A model generated the notes under the pieces. That model had not been told where the DNA came from, did no database searches, and saw only the letters and a list, made by a program, of their open reading frames with translations. A DNA stretch of 64,000 bases from a bacterium (lineage in GTDB: Bacteria; Zhuqueibacterota; Zhuqueibacteria; Residuimicrobiales; Krinioviventaceae), in contig JAKQIY010000076.1 in assembly GCA_029561455.1 (NCBI GenBank), positions 81,838-145,837 on the forward strand. The letters run 5' to 3'. Within the stretch, counting starts at the first letter, position 1. Every line of letters begins with the position of its first letter. The position numbers and the translations under genes were made by a program. Positions 9,408 to 19,130 of this stretch are shown here, piece after piece.

Positions 9408-10628
9408 TTATTTGTAACGCTGCATTGCTGTATTTACAATCAAACCTATCATGACCATGTTAGTCAACAGCGATGAACCGCCGTAACTGATGAACGGTAA
9501 CGGCATTCCGGTGACCGGCATAATACCCATGGTCATGCCGATATTAACTACTACCTGAAACAAAAAAATGACCATAAAACCGAATGTCATCAGGCCGGCG
9601 AAATCGGTTTTGGCATTATAAGCAACGGTAATGATGCGGAGCAGAAAAATTAGAAATGTAACCAGCACTACCAAAGCGCCCAACAAACCCCACTCTTCCG
9701 CCAGAACCGAAAAAATAAAATCGGTATGCTGGGCCGGTAAAAAACGAAGTTGGGTTTGCGAGCCATGCAAAAAACCCTTGCCAATTATACCACCCGATCC
9801 GATGGCAACTTTGGATTGAATGATCTGATACCCTGATCCCTGTGGGTCAGATACCAGGCCAAGAAAACCAAGGACGCGCTGTTTTTGATAATCATGTAAA
9901 TGATGCCATAAATTGGGCGCGGCTATACCGGCCAGAATATTGACCAGAAATACCGCCCAAAACACAACAGCACGCTGACGACTGAGAATTAATATAGCAC
10001 AAATTATTAACATTATGAAAGAAAAAGTCCAGAAATTAAATGCAGCAACAAAAGTGACAACCGGGAAAAAAATGATCATAATAATAAACAAGCTTAATCC
10101 CTTCCAGTAAAGCATTGGTATTAGTATGACCAGAAATGTCAATGACGTACCTAAATCCGGTTGTTTCATAACTAATATGAATGGTACTAAAACAAGAGCA
10201 AATGCAGCTAAAAGATAACGTATTTTTTTCAAAGAGCAGTTTTGTGAACCAAGTAATGCCGCCAGGGTAATAACCATTACCGGCTTCATGAATTCCGAAG
10301 GCTGAAGCTGAAAACTGCCGATATTAATCCAGCGGCTGGGCTGACCGGTATCGGGCAAAAACAATAAAACAACTAAAAAACATAAATTAATAAAATACAG
10401 ACCACCCGCCGACATATGCACCCAATCGAGCGGGATTTTTGCCGTAAACACCATAATAACCAGGCCGATCATGATCCAGATCACCTGACGGAGAAAATAG
10501 CTCTTCCAGGCGCCGGGGGTTCCGGTCCATGTCGCGCTATATATGGCAACAAGTCCATACAGGCATAGCAGCAGGGTGGTAATGATCAACACCCGGTCAG
10601 TTTTGATTTTTTTTATAACAGTCATCAT
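9408..10628 (-). CDS. rodA: SEDS-family peptidoglycan glycosyltransferase RodA
   Basis: 406 aa polytopic membrane protein of the FtsW/RodA family, immediately downstream of PBP2. Confidence 0.85.
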   Translation of the reverse strand: MMTVIKKIKTDRVLIITTLLLCLYGLVAIYSATWTGTPGAWKSYFLRQVIWIMIGLVIMVFTAKIPLDWVHMSAGGLYFINLCFLVVLLFLPDTGQPSRWINIGSFQLQPSEFMKPVMVITLAALLGSQNCSLKKIRYLLAAFALVLVPFILVMKQPDLGTSLTFLVILIPMLYWKGLSLFIIMIIFFPVVTFVAAFNFWTFSFIMLIICAILILSRQRAVVFWAVFLVNILAGIAAPNLWHHLHDYQKQRVLGFLGLVSDPQGSGYQIIQSKVAIGSGGIIGKGFLHGSQTQLRFLPAQHTDFIFSVLAEEWGLLGALVVLVTFLIFLLRIITVAYNAKTDFAGLMTFGFMVIFLFQVVVNIGMTMGIMPVTGMPLPFISYGGSSLLTNMVMIGLIVNTAMQRYK

Positions 10629-10657
10629 ATTTCAATCAGGAACAAATTTAATTATGA

Positions 10658-12451
10658 TCAATGGGTATAATAAACAATACTATCACTTGCAGCCCTGCTC
10701 CGTGATTTATTAAAATACATTTGTAACAGATCGTGAGCAATAGGAGCGGCCTGGGCGCCGCCGCCGCCGCCATTTTCAATAAAAACACAAAAGGCAACCT
10801 CCGGGCGCTCAAATGGAGCAAAACCGATAAACCAGGCATGATCTTCGCCATGTGGATTTTGTGCGGTGCCGGTTTTTCCGGCAACCTCAATATCCGGCAA
10901 CCGACTGGCTCTGCCTGTGCCCCGGTCGCCATTAACCACCAGGCGCATACCGTTGCGAATAATTGCATAGGTGTGCGCTGATATACTGCCGGTTTGGTAA
11001 ACTTTTACCGAATCGCCAGGAATATCCCGGTTTTGAGTATCGACAAAACGTTTCACCAGGTGAGGAGTATACCACATACCGGAATTGGCCAGGATCATTG
11101 CAAACTGGGCCATTTGCAGGGGTGTGGTCAGTAAATCGCCCTGCCCGATTCCCAGATTCAAAAGCATACCTCTCGTCCAGCCGGTTTTTTGATAGGTATT
11201 ATTCAGGTAGGTACTGTCCGGTACATTACCGGCTTTTTCACCGGGCAGGTCGATGCCGGTTACCCGGCCAAAACCAAATTCGCAGGCAAATCTGGCCCAG
11301 GTATTGACATCAACTCCCAGGCTTACATTATATAAATAAACATTACACGACATTTTAATGGCATCGGTCAGATTATTAGTACCATGCCCGGCATGATTCC
11401 AGCAGTTAAAAGTAGCGGAACCGAAATGAAAATAACCCGGACAAGAATACATGGTATTTTCGGTAATTTTATTTTCCTGTAAAGCCGCTGCCAACATGAC
11501 CAGCTTGAAGGTAGAACCCGGGGGAAATTCCCCCTGGATCATTCTGTCAAACAACGGCTTGGCCGGATCGTTAAGCAGGTTTTGCCAGGTATTGTATGGA
11601 ATATTTCCGGCCAGCAATGCTGGATCATAATCCGGTTTGCTGCACAAAACCAACACTTCTCCGTTGCGGGTATCAATAAAAATAACGCCACCCTGCCGGT
11701 TGCTCAGTAAATCCTCCGCCAGTTTTTGCATGTCCAGATCAATTGTAAGGTAAAGATCATGCCCCGGCGCCGGGTCGCGTTCACCGGCAAAATCTTTATC
11801 GGCTACTTCCCTGCCCAGTGCATTCACTTCAATAAAATTATAACCGGCCAGGCCGCGTAATTTATCATCAAATGCTTTTTCAATACCTTTTTTACCGATA
11901 ATATCGCCCGGCGTAATATCTGCTTGCGGCAGGGTCTCCAACTCTTTTTTAGTCACCTCTGCTAAATATCCCAACAAGTGAGCGGACCAGAGATTATCCA
12001 GATACGTGCGTTTGGGTTCGATCTTGAAAAAAATTCCGGGCAGATTAAGCTTGTTTTCCTCAATACGGATCATGGCCTGGTACTGAATATCATTCCACAA
12101 TTTCACAGGAGTGAAAGGATTTACCGCTGCCGCTAACTTTTTGCGAATAACAGCGCCGGAATCGGCGAGTATGACGGACAATAAATTTATGACACTGTCG
12201 TTACGGCATTCAAATGGTACGGCATATACTGAATATGCAGGCTGATTCTTTACGATCAACTTGCCGTTCCGGTCATAAATATTACCCCGCGAGGGAATTA
12301 TACGAACCCTGCGGATACGATTCTTGTCGGAAAACTCACGATACTTTTGCCGTTCATAAACCTGTAACTGGAACAATTTAATAAACAGCAAAAACAATAA
12401 AAAGCTCACAACAGAAGCGGATAGTATTTTTTTATCTTCAAATAGCGTCAT
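10658..12451 (-). CDS. mrdA: Penicillin-binding protein 2 (elongasome transpeptidase)
   Basis: 597 aa; N-terminal TM, PBP dimerisation domain and transpeptidase domain (STFK, SCN, KTG motifs visible); mreD-mrdA-rodA order. Confidence 0.9.
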   Translation of the reverse strand: MTLFEDKKILSASVVSFLLFLLFIKLFQLQVYERQKYREFSDKNRIRRVRIIPSRGNIYDRNGKLIVKNQPAYSVYAVPFECRNDSVINLLSVILADSGAVIRKKLAAAVNPFTPVKLWNDIQYQAMIRIEENKLNLPGIFFKIEPKRTYLDNLWSAHLLGYLAEVTKKELETLPQADITPGDIIGKKGIEKAFDDKLRGLAGYNFIEVNALGREVADKDFAGERDPAPGHDLYLTIDLDMQKLAEDLLSNRQGGVIFIDTRNGEVLVLCSKPDYDPALLAGNIPYNTWQNLLNDPAKPLFDRMIQGEFPPGSTFKLVMLAAALQENKITENTMYSCPGYFHFGSATFNCWNHAGHGTNNLTDAIKMSCNVYLYNVSLGVDVNTWARFACEFGFGRVTGIDLPGEKAGNVPDSTYLNNTYQKTGWTRGMLLNLGIGQGDLLTTPLQMAQFAMILANSGMWYTPHLVKRFVDTQNRDIPGDSVKVYQTGSISAHTYAIIRNGMRLVVNGDRGTGRASRLPDIEVAGKTGTAQNPHGEDHAWFIGFAPFERPEVAFCVFIENGGGGGAQAAPIAHDLLQMYFNKSRSRAASDSIVYYTH

Positions 12452-12478
12452 AAATTACAAGATCGCAGGCCTCTTTAT

Positions 12479-12979
12479 TCAATAAGAATCAAATGTGTTA
12501 GTCATTGATTTCTTCCAGATCTTCTCAGGCGCAAAAAGAATGACAATACCCATTATGATCAGCGTATACAAAACCCGTGGTAAAATATTTTTCAACATAC
12601 CGGACCAGAATGAGGTCGACATAAAATTGATAAAAAAATGGGCCAGAAAAAAATACAGAAAGATGTAAACCGCAAACACCAACAATAATTCCAGTTTTTT
12701 ATGAAACACTCTTTTACTAAAAAGAGAACCGGCAATAAATCCACAAACAGAGAAAAGTAATGAACCGACGCCGGGAATACCATATCCCAGCACATCACGC
12801 AGGAAACCGGTAAGAAAACCGGCCAGCGTTGCATAATTACGGTTTGTACCCAGGGCTGCTAGTCCCAGCAGGATAATACTCAAATCGGGTATGATAGTGA
12901 ATAGTGCCAGATGATCGACAACAGCAACCTGCAAAATGACCGACAAAAGTAATAAAACTGAATAAATAAAAGCCTTCAT
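12479..12979 (-). CDS. mreD: Rod shape-determining protein MreD
   Basis: 166 aa hydrophobic protein between mreC and mrdA; 4-nt overlap with mreC. Confidence 0.7.
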   Translation of the reverse strand: MKAFIYSVLLLLSVILQVAVVDHLALFTIIPDLSIILLGLAALGTNRNYATLAGFLTGFLRDVLGYGIPGVGSLLFSVCGFIAGSLFSKRVFHKKLELLLVFAVYIFLYFFLAHFFINFMSTSFWSGMLKNILPRVLYTLIIMGIVILFAPEKIWKKSMTNTFDSY

Positions 12980-13773
12980 TGCTGCTCTTCTTTACTTTTA
13001 AGAATCAACACATGCTCAAGCCTGGAATAATCAACCTGGGGTTTGATGACAAGAATATGGAACAGGCGATTAGGGTCGCGCCTGATGCCGGTAACATGGC
13101 CGATGACTATCCCTTCCGGGAAAAACGAACTGGTTCCCGCGGTAATGATCTGTTCGCCGGTTTTTACATGAACCGTTTGCGGCACTCCCCACATGATCGG
13201 TTTTTCTTCGCCGGTGCCTTCAAAAATGCCGGTATAACGTGATTCGGTTAACCGGGCAGCGGCGCGAAAGTTTTTATCGACCAGCAACTGGCCGATGGAA
13301 TAAGAACCGGCAACGCGTATTATTTTCCCCGCCAGTCCGGCGCTGGCTATAAAAGGCATATTTTCTGCTATTCCCTTATCACGCCCGGCGTCCAAAATCA
13401 CTGCTTTAATTCCGCCTGCGCCCTCAAATCCTGTAACCCGCGCGGCGACATTATCGCCGGGCAGGTATTGTTGCAGATCGAGTAATGCCAAAAGCCTTTT
13501 ATTTTCAATTTCAACATTTTGCAATTGCGAATTGTCGTATAAAAGCCTGATGTTTTCTTCATGCAGGCGCTGATTTTCGGTACGCAGATCGTGCACCTGT
13601 CGCAGTTCGGCGACCGGTGATAAAACCTTGCCCAGAATATTCAGAGTAAATGTATATAGTGCGCTTTCTTGTCCGCTTTGGTGGGCGGATATAAGTATGA
13701 TCAATGAAGCGATTATAGTCATCGCCAGGACAAAGAAATCACCCCATGGTATTTTTTTTATGCGATTCGACAA
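12976..13773 (-). CDS. mreC: Rod shape-determining protein MreC
   Basis: The C-terminal two thirds match MreC. The longest ORF (to 13902) overlaps lpxH by 116 nt and its first 45 codons look non-coding. I place the start at TTG 13773 (GGGAA 6 nt upstream, 13 nt after the lpxH stop), which yields (M)SNRIKKIPWGDFFVLAMTIIASLIIL: a short cytoplasmic tail then a TM segment, typical of MreC. ATG 13722 is the alternative. Confidence 0.75.
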   Translation of the reverse strand: MSNRIKKIPWGDFFVLAMTIIASLIILISAHQSGQESALYTFTLNILGKVLSPVAELRQVHDLRTENQRLHEENIRLLYDNSQLQNVEIENKRLLALLDLQQYLPGDNVAARVTGFEGAGGIKAVILDAGRDKGIAENMPFIASAGLAGKIIRVAGSYSIGQLLVDKNFRAAARLTESRYTGIFEGTGEEKPIMWGVPQTVHVKTGEQIITAGTSSFFPEGIVIGHVTGIRRDPNRLFHILVIKPQVDYSRLEHVLILKSKEEQQ

Positions 13774-13786
13774 ATCATATTCCCGG

Positions 13787-14566
13787 TTATTTGCTTTGCA
13801 TATTGCCCGGCGGCAATGTAATTTGGAACCGCTCCCCCGCGCCGTTGCGCCAACGCAACACTTCCGGGACGCCATTTTCAATAACTGCAAAAGTAAAATC
13901 ATCCATCCAGTAACCGGGATTTATATACCATCCATTCCGGTATTGCTGAAGCGCCGGCCAGTGGGTATGTCCGAGTACTACAAAATCATAGCCTTCATCA
14001 ATGCGGGCAAAAGCGAATTCCCGATAATCCATATCGGAATAACCGGAACGGTCTTTGGAGGCTTCCCGGCTCAGATGTGAGCAAAACAGGGCTAAGGGTA
14101 TGCCCAGGTCGGGGTGCAGCATTCGGTACAGGAAGGTGTTCACTGGGCTGCGCAGTGTCTTTTTCATAGCCCGGTAGAGATGATCTTTTTTCAATAATCC
14201 ATCACCGTGTTTAATAAATATTTTATAATTATCATTAGCGATTACGTGGTCATCGGGGTGCAGGCGCAAACCGACCTCATTTTTCATAAACGAACCCAGC
14301 CAGAAATCATGATTCCCGGCCATATAATGAATCTCCTTACCTGACCGGCAAAGGTTAGCCAATAATGAAATAATATGAAAATGCCGTTGCGGTATAGCAT
14401 GCCGATACTCGAACCAGAAATCAAACAGATCGCCAACAATCACCAAAACAGCATTCTGACCGGCATAATATTCTAAAAAGGAAACAAGCTGTTCGGCTTT
14501 GCGGGCTTCTTTTTCCAGGCTCTGGGCGCCCAGGTGAGCATCGGAAAGAAAAAATATTTTACTCAT
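13787..14566 (-). CDS. lpxH: UDP-2,3-diacylglucosamine hydrolase-like metallophosphoesterase
   Basis: MSKIFFLSDAHLG...LVIVGDLFDFWFEY...GNHDFW metallophosphatase motifs typical of LpxH. Start moved to the internal ATG at 14566, which has a better N-terminus. Confidence 0.7.
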   Translation of the reverse strand: MSKIFFLSDAHLGAQSLEKEARKAEQLVSFLEYYAGQNAVLVIVGDLFDFWFEYRHAIPQRHFHIISLLANLCRSGKEIHYMAGNHDFWLGSFMKNEVGLRLHPDDHVIANDNYKIFIKHGDGLLKKDHLYRAMKKTLRSPVNTFLYRMLHPDLGIPLALFCSHLSREASKDRSGYSDMDYREFAFARIDEGYDFVVLGHTHWPALQQYRNGWYINPGYWMDDFTFAVIENGVPEVLRWRNGAGERFQITLPPGNMQSK

Positions 14567-14765
14567 CACATTTATCCATTTTTTTGAACTATTAAAATAA
14601 ACAAACATGGCTTTAAATGCAAGGCCGGAATGCAGTTAGCAAGCCAATTGCTGAAAATAAGCGCCGTGCCAGACCTGGATTACTTAAAAAGAGTTGACAA
14701 ATAATTAAAAGTTTATTACTTTTTAACTTACATACATCAATTTTTTAAAATAGCAGAATAAAAAA

Positions 14766-15068
14766 ATGGAGGCACAATTGACTATGGAAGCATTAGGACT
14801 GGTAGAAACTCGTGGATTTATTCCCGCCATCGAAGCGGCTGATGCAATGGTAAAAGCGGCAAACGTTCAACTGGTTGGCACCGAACGGGTAGGCAGTGGT
14901 TTAGTCACCGTTATTGTCCGTGGAGATGTCGGCGCAGTTAAAGCTGCAACCGATGCCGGCGCAGCTGCTGCTGAAAAAGTTGGCGAACTGGTTTCCGTTC
15001 ATGTCATTCCCAGGCCTCATTCCGATGTTGAACAGATTTTACCCAAAGCCAAAGCTGCTGTAAAATAA
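14766..15068 (+). CDS. Bacterial microcompartment shell protein, BMC-H (PduA/EutM/CcmK family)
   Basis: [86 protein letters not shown] is near-identical in motif content to canonical PduA; possible start at the second Met (14784). Confidence 0.85.
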   Translation: MEAQLTMEALGLVETRGFIPAIEAADAMVKAANVQLVGTERVGSGLVTVIVRGDVGAVKAATDAGAAAAEKVGELVSVHVIPRPHSDVEQILPKAKAAVK

Positions 15069-15193
15069 TTATTTAAGGCTCTGAATTATTATTACACTAT
15101 TCAGAATATAACGGCTTGAATGAAATCCCGTCATATAATTATTGTCGGAAATATAATGGTAAACCTATGCCCATGCTGAAAACAGGAATGTGA

Positions 15194-16051
15194 GTGCAAG
15201 TTCAATCTTTTGCCAAAATAAACCTGGGTTTGAGAATTCTGGGAAGACGTAATGACGGCTTTCATGAATTGGAAACAATTTTTCAAACCATCAGCTTGCA
15301 CGACGACCTGGAAATAAACCCGGCGGAAAAAGAGATAACCTTACAAGGGGACTCGCCGGGTTGCACGCCGGAACAAAACCTGGTCTATAAAGCGGCGCTA
15401 TTATTAAAACAATACTGTAATGTCGAACGGGGGTGTGACATTACACTTAAAAAAAGAATTCCGGTCGGCGCCGGTTTGGGCGGCGGCAGCAGCAATGCGG
15501 CAGCAACACTTGTTGCCCTGAACACACTGTGGCATACCGGCCTAAGCACAGCAACACTTTTGCAGCTTGCTGGTAAACTTGGCTCCGATGTTCCTTTCTT
15601 TATTATTAATGGAACGGCTTTGGGTCAAGGCAGAGGGGAAATTTTAACGCCAATCGATCTTGCCCTGCATTATCATGGGGTGCTGGTATGCCCGGATTTA
15701 CATATAATAACAAAAACAGCTTATGAATTGCTTAATTTTAGCTTGACAAAGTCATTTAAAAAAAGTAAATTTAGTGTCTTGACAAGATGGAAAACCGATA
15801 TTAAGATCTGGAATTTAGTACTTGTCAATGATTTTGAACCAGTAATATTTGACGCTTATCCTGAACTGGGTGAGATATTTCAGGAATTAAAAAAGCAGGA
15901 TGCGTTTTATTACCGGATGTCAGGAAGCGGTTCAACACTGTTTGGTTTGTTTGAAAATGAACAAAAGGCATCACAAGCCCAGCAATATTTTCAGAAAAAA
16001 TATCAGACATTTGTTTTTACACCGCGTTACCAACATACAGAAAGTAACTGA
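15194..16051 (+). CDS. ispE: 4-diphosphocytidyl-2-C-methyl-D-erythritol kinase
   Basis: GTG start; FAKINLGLRILGRRNDGFHELETIF...PVGAGLGGGSSNAAA GHMP-kinase motifs. Confidence 0.9.
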   Translation: MQVQSFAKINLGLRILGRRNDGFHELETIFQTISLHDDLEINPAEKEITLQGDSPGCTPEQNLVYKAALLLKQYCNVERGCDITLKKRIPVGAGLGGGSSNAAATLVALNTLWHTGLSTATLLQLAGKLGSDVPFFIINGTALGQGRGEILTPIDLALHYHGVLVCPDLHIITKTAYELLNFSLTKSFKKSKFSVLTRWKTDIKIWNLVLVNDFEPVIFDAYPELGEIFQELKKQDAFYYRMSGSGSTLFGLFENEQKASQAQQYFQKKYQTFVFTPRYQHTESN

Positions 16052-16073
16052 ATCCGGGTTAATAAAATTATTT

Positions 16074-16145
16074 TGGGGCGTCGTCAAGCGGAAAGACTCA
16101 GGATTTTGGATCCTGCATTCGGAGGTTCGAATCCTCCCGCCCCAG
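16074..16145 (+). tRNA. tRNA-Gln (anticodon UUG)
   Basis: Cloverleaf folded by hand: acceptor TGGGGCG/CGCCCCA, U8, 3-bp D-stem GTC/GAC (as in E. coli tRNA-Gln), anticodon arm CAGGA-TTTTGGA-TCCTG (anticodon TTG), T-arm GGAGG-TTCGAAT-CCTCC, discriminator G; CCA not encoded. Confidence 0.85.
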
Positions 16146-16157
16146 CAAGGTTCTTAA

Positions 16158-16188
16158 AATGACGAACGTGTTTATTCGTCATTTTTTC
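16158..16188 (+). terminator. Rho-independent terminator after tRNA-Gln
   Basis: ATGACGAA-CGTGTTTA-TTCGTCAT hairpin followed by TTTTTT. Confidence 0.7.
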
Positions 16189-16281
16189 GTTACACTATAT
16201 TTATTAATGACTTTTTCAATGCCCTGCTGATTAAGGGTATTAATGAACTGATGTTTTGATAATCTTTAAATAACTTTTTGA

Positions 16282-17250
16282 ATGGTGAATTCATCAAAAA
16301 CGCCCGAAATAAAAATTTTTTCGGGGCGCTCAAATCCCGGCCTGGCTGAAAAAATAGCTTCAAGTATGAACAGACCTTTAGACCAGGTGGAAATCAAAAA
16401 TTTCTCCGATGGAGAAATTTGGGTCAAGTATAAAGAAAATATCCGGGGCACCGATGTTTTTATCATTCAACCGACAAATGCTCCGGCAGAGAATCTGCTG
16501 GAATTATTAATAATGATCGATGCGGCGCGGCGTGCATCGGCTTCCTCCATAACGGCGGTTATTCCCTATTTTGGCTATGCCCGTCAGGACAGGAAAGACC
16601 AGCCCAGAGTTGCGATTAGTTCCAAACTGGTAGCGAATCTGCTTACAAAAGCCGGCGTGAACCGGGTATTAACAATGGATTTGCATGCCCCGCAAATCCA
16701 GGGCTTTTTCGATATACCACTGGATCACTTGTATGCTGCAACAATATTTATCGATCATATTAAAAAGCAAAACCTGCCGAATCTGGTGGTAGCCTCGCCG
16801 GATATTGGCGGCATACATCTGGCCCGCGCGTACGCCAGCCGGCTGGGTTCAGACCTGGTCATGATGAACAAACGGCGCATTAAACATAATGTCTGCTGTG
16901 TTACGGAACTGATAGGCGATGTGCGGGATAAAAACGTTCTGGTTGTTGATGATATGATCGATACCGCCGGCACCTTGGTAAACGGGGTAAAAGTTTTAAA
17001 AGAAAAAGGCGCCAATGATATTTATGTAGCATGCACACATGCTCTGTTATCCGGCAACGCAGTGGAACTGATAAAAAATTCAGAGATAACTAAAATATAT
17101 TGCAGTAATTCCACCAATATACCGGAACATAAACAACTTGATAATATGGAAATCCTCTGTATCTCCAGATTATTCGGAGAAGCCATAACACGTATACATG
17201 AAGAGCGATCGATTTCCGATTTGTTTCCACAAAAAGGACCAATGCATTAA
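16282..17250 (+). CDS. prs: Ribose-phosphate pyrophosphokinase
   Basis: IKIFSGRSNPGLAEKIA...; PRPP-binding motif VVDDMIDTAGT. Confidence 0.95.
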   Translation: MVNSSKTPEIKIFSGRSNPGLAEKIASSMNRPLDQVEIKNFSDGEIWVKYKENIRGTDVFIIQPTNAPAENLLELLIMIDAARRASASSITAVIPYFGYARQDRKDQPRVAISSKLVANLLTKAGVNRVLTMDLHAPQIQGFFDIPLDHLYAATIFIDHIKKQNLPNLVVASPDIGGIHLARAYASRLGSDLVMMNKRRIKHNVCCVTELIGDVRDKNVLVVDDMIDTAGTLVNGVKVLKEKGANDIYVACTHALLSGNAVELIKNSEITKIYCSNSTNIPEHKQLDNMEILCISRLFGEAITRIHEERSISDLFPQKGPMH

Positions 17251-17295
17251 AATAAAAATACTGATACAAAGCAGATAAATATATGGAGATATGAA

Positions 17296-17943
17296 ATGTC
17301 ACAACTATCGTTGACGGTAGAAACCCGCAAAGAGACGGGCAAGCAATATGCAAAAAAATTAAAACGGGATGAAAAAATACCCGGCGTCTTTTACTTTCAT
17401 GGCAAGGAAAATATTCCTCTAACTGTAGGTCTGAAAGATGTCCAGGCGCTGGTGGGTAATGAAAGCGGTATAGTCAAAGTGCTGCTGGATGGCAAGCATG
17501 AAAAGAACTGTATCATCAGAGAAATTCAATATCATCCCATCACCGCCAGGCCGATTCATATTGACCTGATGGGTATTCTAATGACGGAAAAAATTCACGT
17601 CAATGTCCCTGTACATTTGACGGGTATAGCCAACGGCGTAAAGAATTTTTCCGGTATCTTGCAGCACAATACCCGCGAACTCGAAGTACTGTGCTTGCCG
17701 GCCGACATTCCCCAATTTATTGAAGTTGATGTAACCAATTTGGGAATTGGCGATTCGATTCATGTGTCGTCAATTAAAATGGATAAAATTGAATTCCTGA
17801 ACGACCCCGATACGGTAATTGCATCAGTCGGCGCTATGCGGGTAACTGAAGAACCTGTTGCTGCCGCTGCATTAACCACAGAAGACGCTGCAAAAGAACC
17901 GGAACTGATTACCAAGGCGCCGCAGGAAGAAAAGAAACCATAA
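17296..17943 (+). CDS. rplY: 50S ribosomal protein L25 / general stress protein Ctc
   Basis: 215 aa L25-Ctc form with a C-terminal acidic/Ala-rich extension; conserved order prs-rplY-pth. Confidence 0.9.
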   Translation: MSQLSLTVETRKETGKQYAKKLKRDEKIPGVFYFHGKENIPLTVGLKDVQALVGNESGIVKVLLDGKHEKNCIIREIQYHPITARPIHIDLMGILMTEKIHVNVPVHLTGIANGVKNFSGILQHNTRELEVLCLPADIPQFIEVDVTNLGIGDSIHVSSIKMDKIEFLNDPDTVIASVGAMRVTEEPVAAAALTTEDAAKEPELITKAPQEEKKP

Positions 17944-17969
17944 TCCGGTGATGCTAAACTGGTAAGTAG

Positions 17970-18551
17970 ATGTCCAATACATATTTGATAACCGGACTTG
18001 GAAACCCCGGACGCCGGTATAGCAAAACCCGTCATAATGCAGGATTCATGGTTATTGATAGAATTATATCAACATTTAATGGTTCTTTGGAAAAAACAGG
18101 CGGACTGGCGGAAGTTGCCCAAGTAACAATTGCCGATGTACCGGTGATGGTTGCAAAGCCGCAAACCTATATGAACAATAGTGGTTTAGCTGTCAAAGCC
18201 CTGTTACAACATCTAAATTCAAGTTACGATCACTTGCTGGTCATATATGATGATATTAATCTTGAATTTGGCCGTTTAAAAATTAAAGGCAAGGGCAGTT
18301 CCGGAGGGCACAATGGAATGGAATCAATTCTGTTCCATTTAGGGACAGATGAATTTGCACGGTTGCGTATCGGCATCGGTCAAACAGCAATGCCGCATGA
18401 TATGGTGCGCTTTGTGTTATCAGGCTTTACCGCAACTGAACGGCGCCAATTGCCTGATTTAATAGATTTTGCAGAAAAGGCCGTTATCAGTTTTTTAACC
18501 ACAGGTCTGGAAAAAACTATGAATACATATAATACAAAATTGAATAAATAA
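17970..18551 (+). CDS. pth: Peptidyl-tRNA hydrolase
   Basis: YLITGLGNPGRRYSKTRHNAGFMVID... canonical Pth. Confidence 0.95.
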   Translation: MSNTYLITGLGNPGRRYSKTRHNAGFMVIDRIISTFNGSLEKTGGLAEVAQVTIADVPVMVAKPQTYMNNSGLAVKALLQHLNSSYDHLLVIYDDINLEFGRLKIKGKGSSGGHNGMESILFHLGTDEFARLRIGIGQTAMPHDMVRFVLSGFTATERRQLPDLIDFAEKAVISFLTTGLEKTMNTYNTKLNK

Positions 18552-18571
18552 TCCTATCAGGAGGAGTAAAC

Positions 18572-19042
18572 TTGCGTAAATACGAAACCATATTTGTAAT
18601 TGATTCGTTATTGAAATCCGACGAGATCGAAAACATAATTACCAAATATGAAAAATTTATCTCAGCAAACGGCGGACAAATTGAAACCCTGGAAAAGTGG
18701 GGTAAAAAAAGATTAGCTTTTGAAATTAAAAAGAGACAATATGGATATTATGTCTTTATACGTTTCGATGGCAGCCCGTCGATGATCAAACCCCTGGAAC
18801 GGGAATATCGCTTGAATGAATCAATTTTACGCTATAAAACGATCATTTTATCTACCATGGCGTTGAAAGCGCTGGCTATACAACAGGCAATGGGATATAC
18901 GAAAAAGCATACGGAAGAACCTGCCGAAACCAGTCCCGCAGCAGCTTCGTCATCAGATAAAAACGATAGCGATATAATTTTACCGCAGGAGAGTGATTCG
19001 TCACGTGCCGATCAATTTGCTGAAGAAAAAACAGAAAATTGA
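18572..19042 (+). CDS. rpsF: 30S ribosomal protein S6 (with acidic C-terminal tail)
   Basis: TTG start after GGAGGAG RBS; MRKYETIFVIDSLL... typical S6; rpsF-ssb-rpsR-rplI operon. Confidence 0.9.
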   Translation: MRKYETIFVIDSLLKSDEIENIITKYEKFISANGGQIETLEKWGKKRLAFEIKKRQYGYYVFIRFDGSPSMIKPLEREYRLNESILRYKTIILSTMALKALAIQQAMGYTKKHTEEPAETSPAAASSSDKNDSDIILPQESDSSRADQFAEEKTEN

Positions 19043-19130
19043 ATGATCGCTTGATATTTGCAGATAAATTTTGTAATATTATTAAATATATCCAAACGGG
19101 TTTTATAAAAAAGGCCATAGGAGCAGGTAT

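Noticed and set aside
10648-10968. 106 aa minus-strand ORF overlapping the 3' end of mrdA
   Set aside because: Alternative frame inside PBP2; the PBP2 frame carries the conserved motifs.
12976-13902. Full-length 308 aa MreC ORF overlapping lpxH by 116 nt
   Set aside because: The first 45 codons are Cys/Arg-rich and unlike MreC, and they overlap the lpxH C-terminus; a TTG start at 13773 gives a canonical N-terminus without overlap.
16074-16145. Alternative reading of the tRNA with acceptor stem starting at 16075 (GGGGCGT)
   Set aside because: That register leaves G1 unpaired against A; starting at T16074 gives seven Watson-Crick pairs, U8 and the 3-bp D-stem characteristic of tRNA-Gln.
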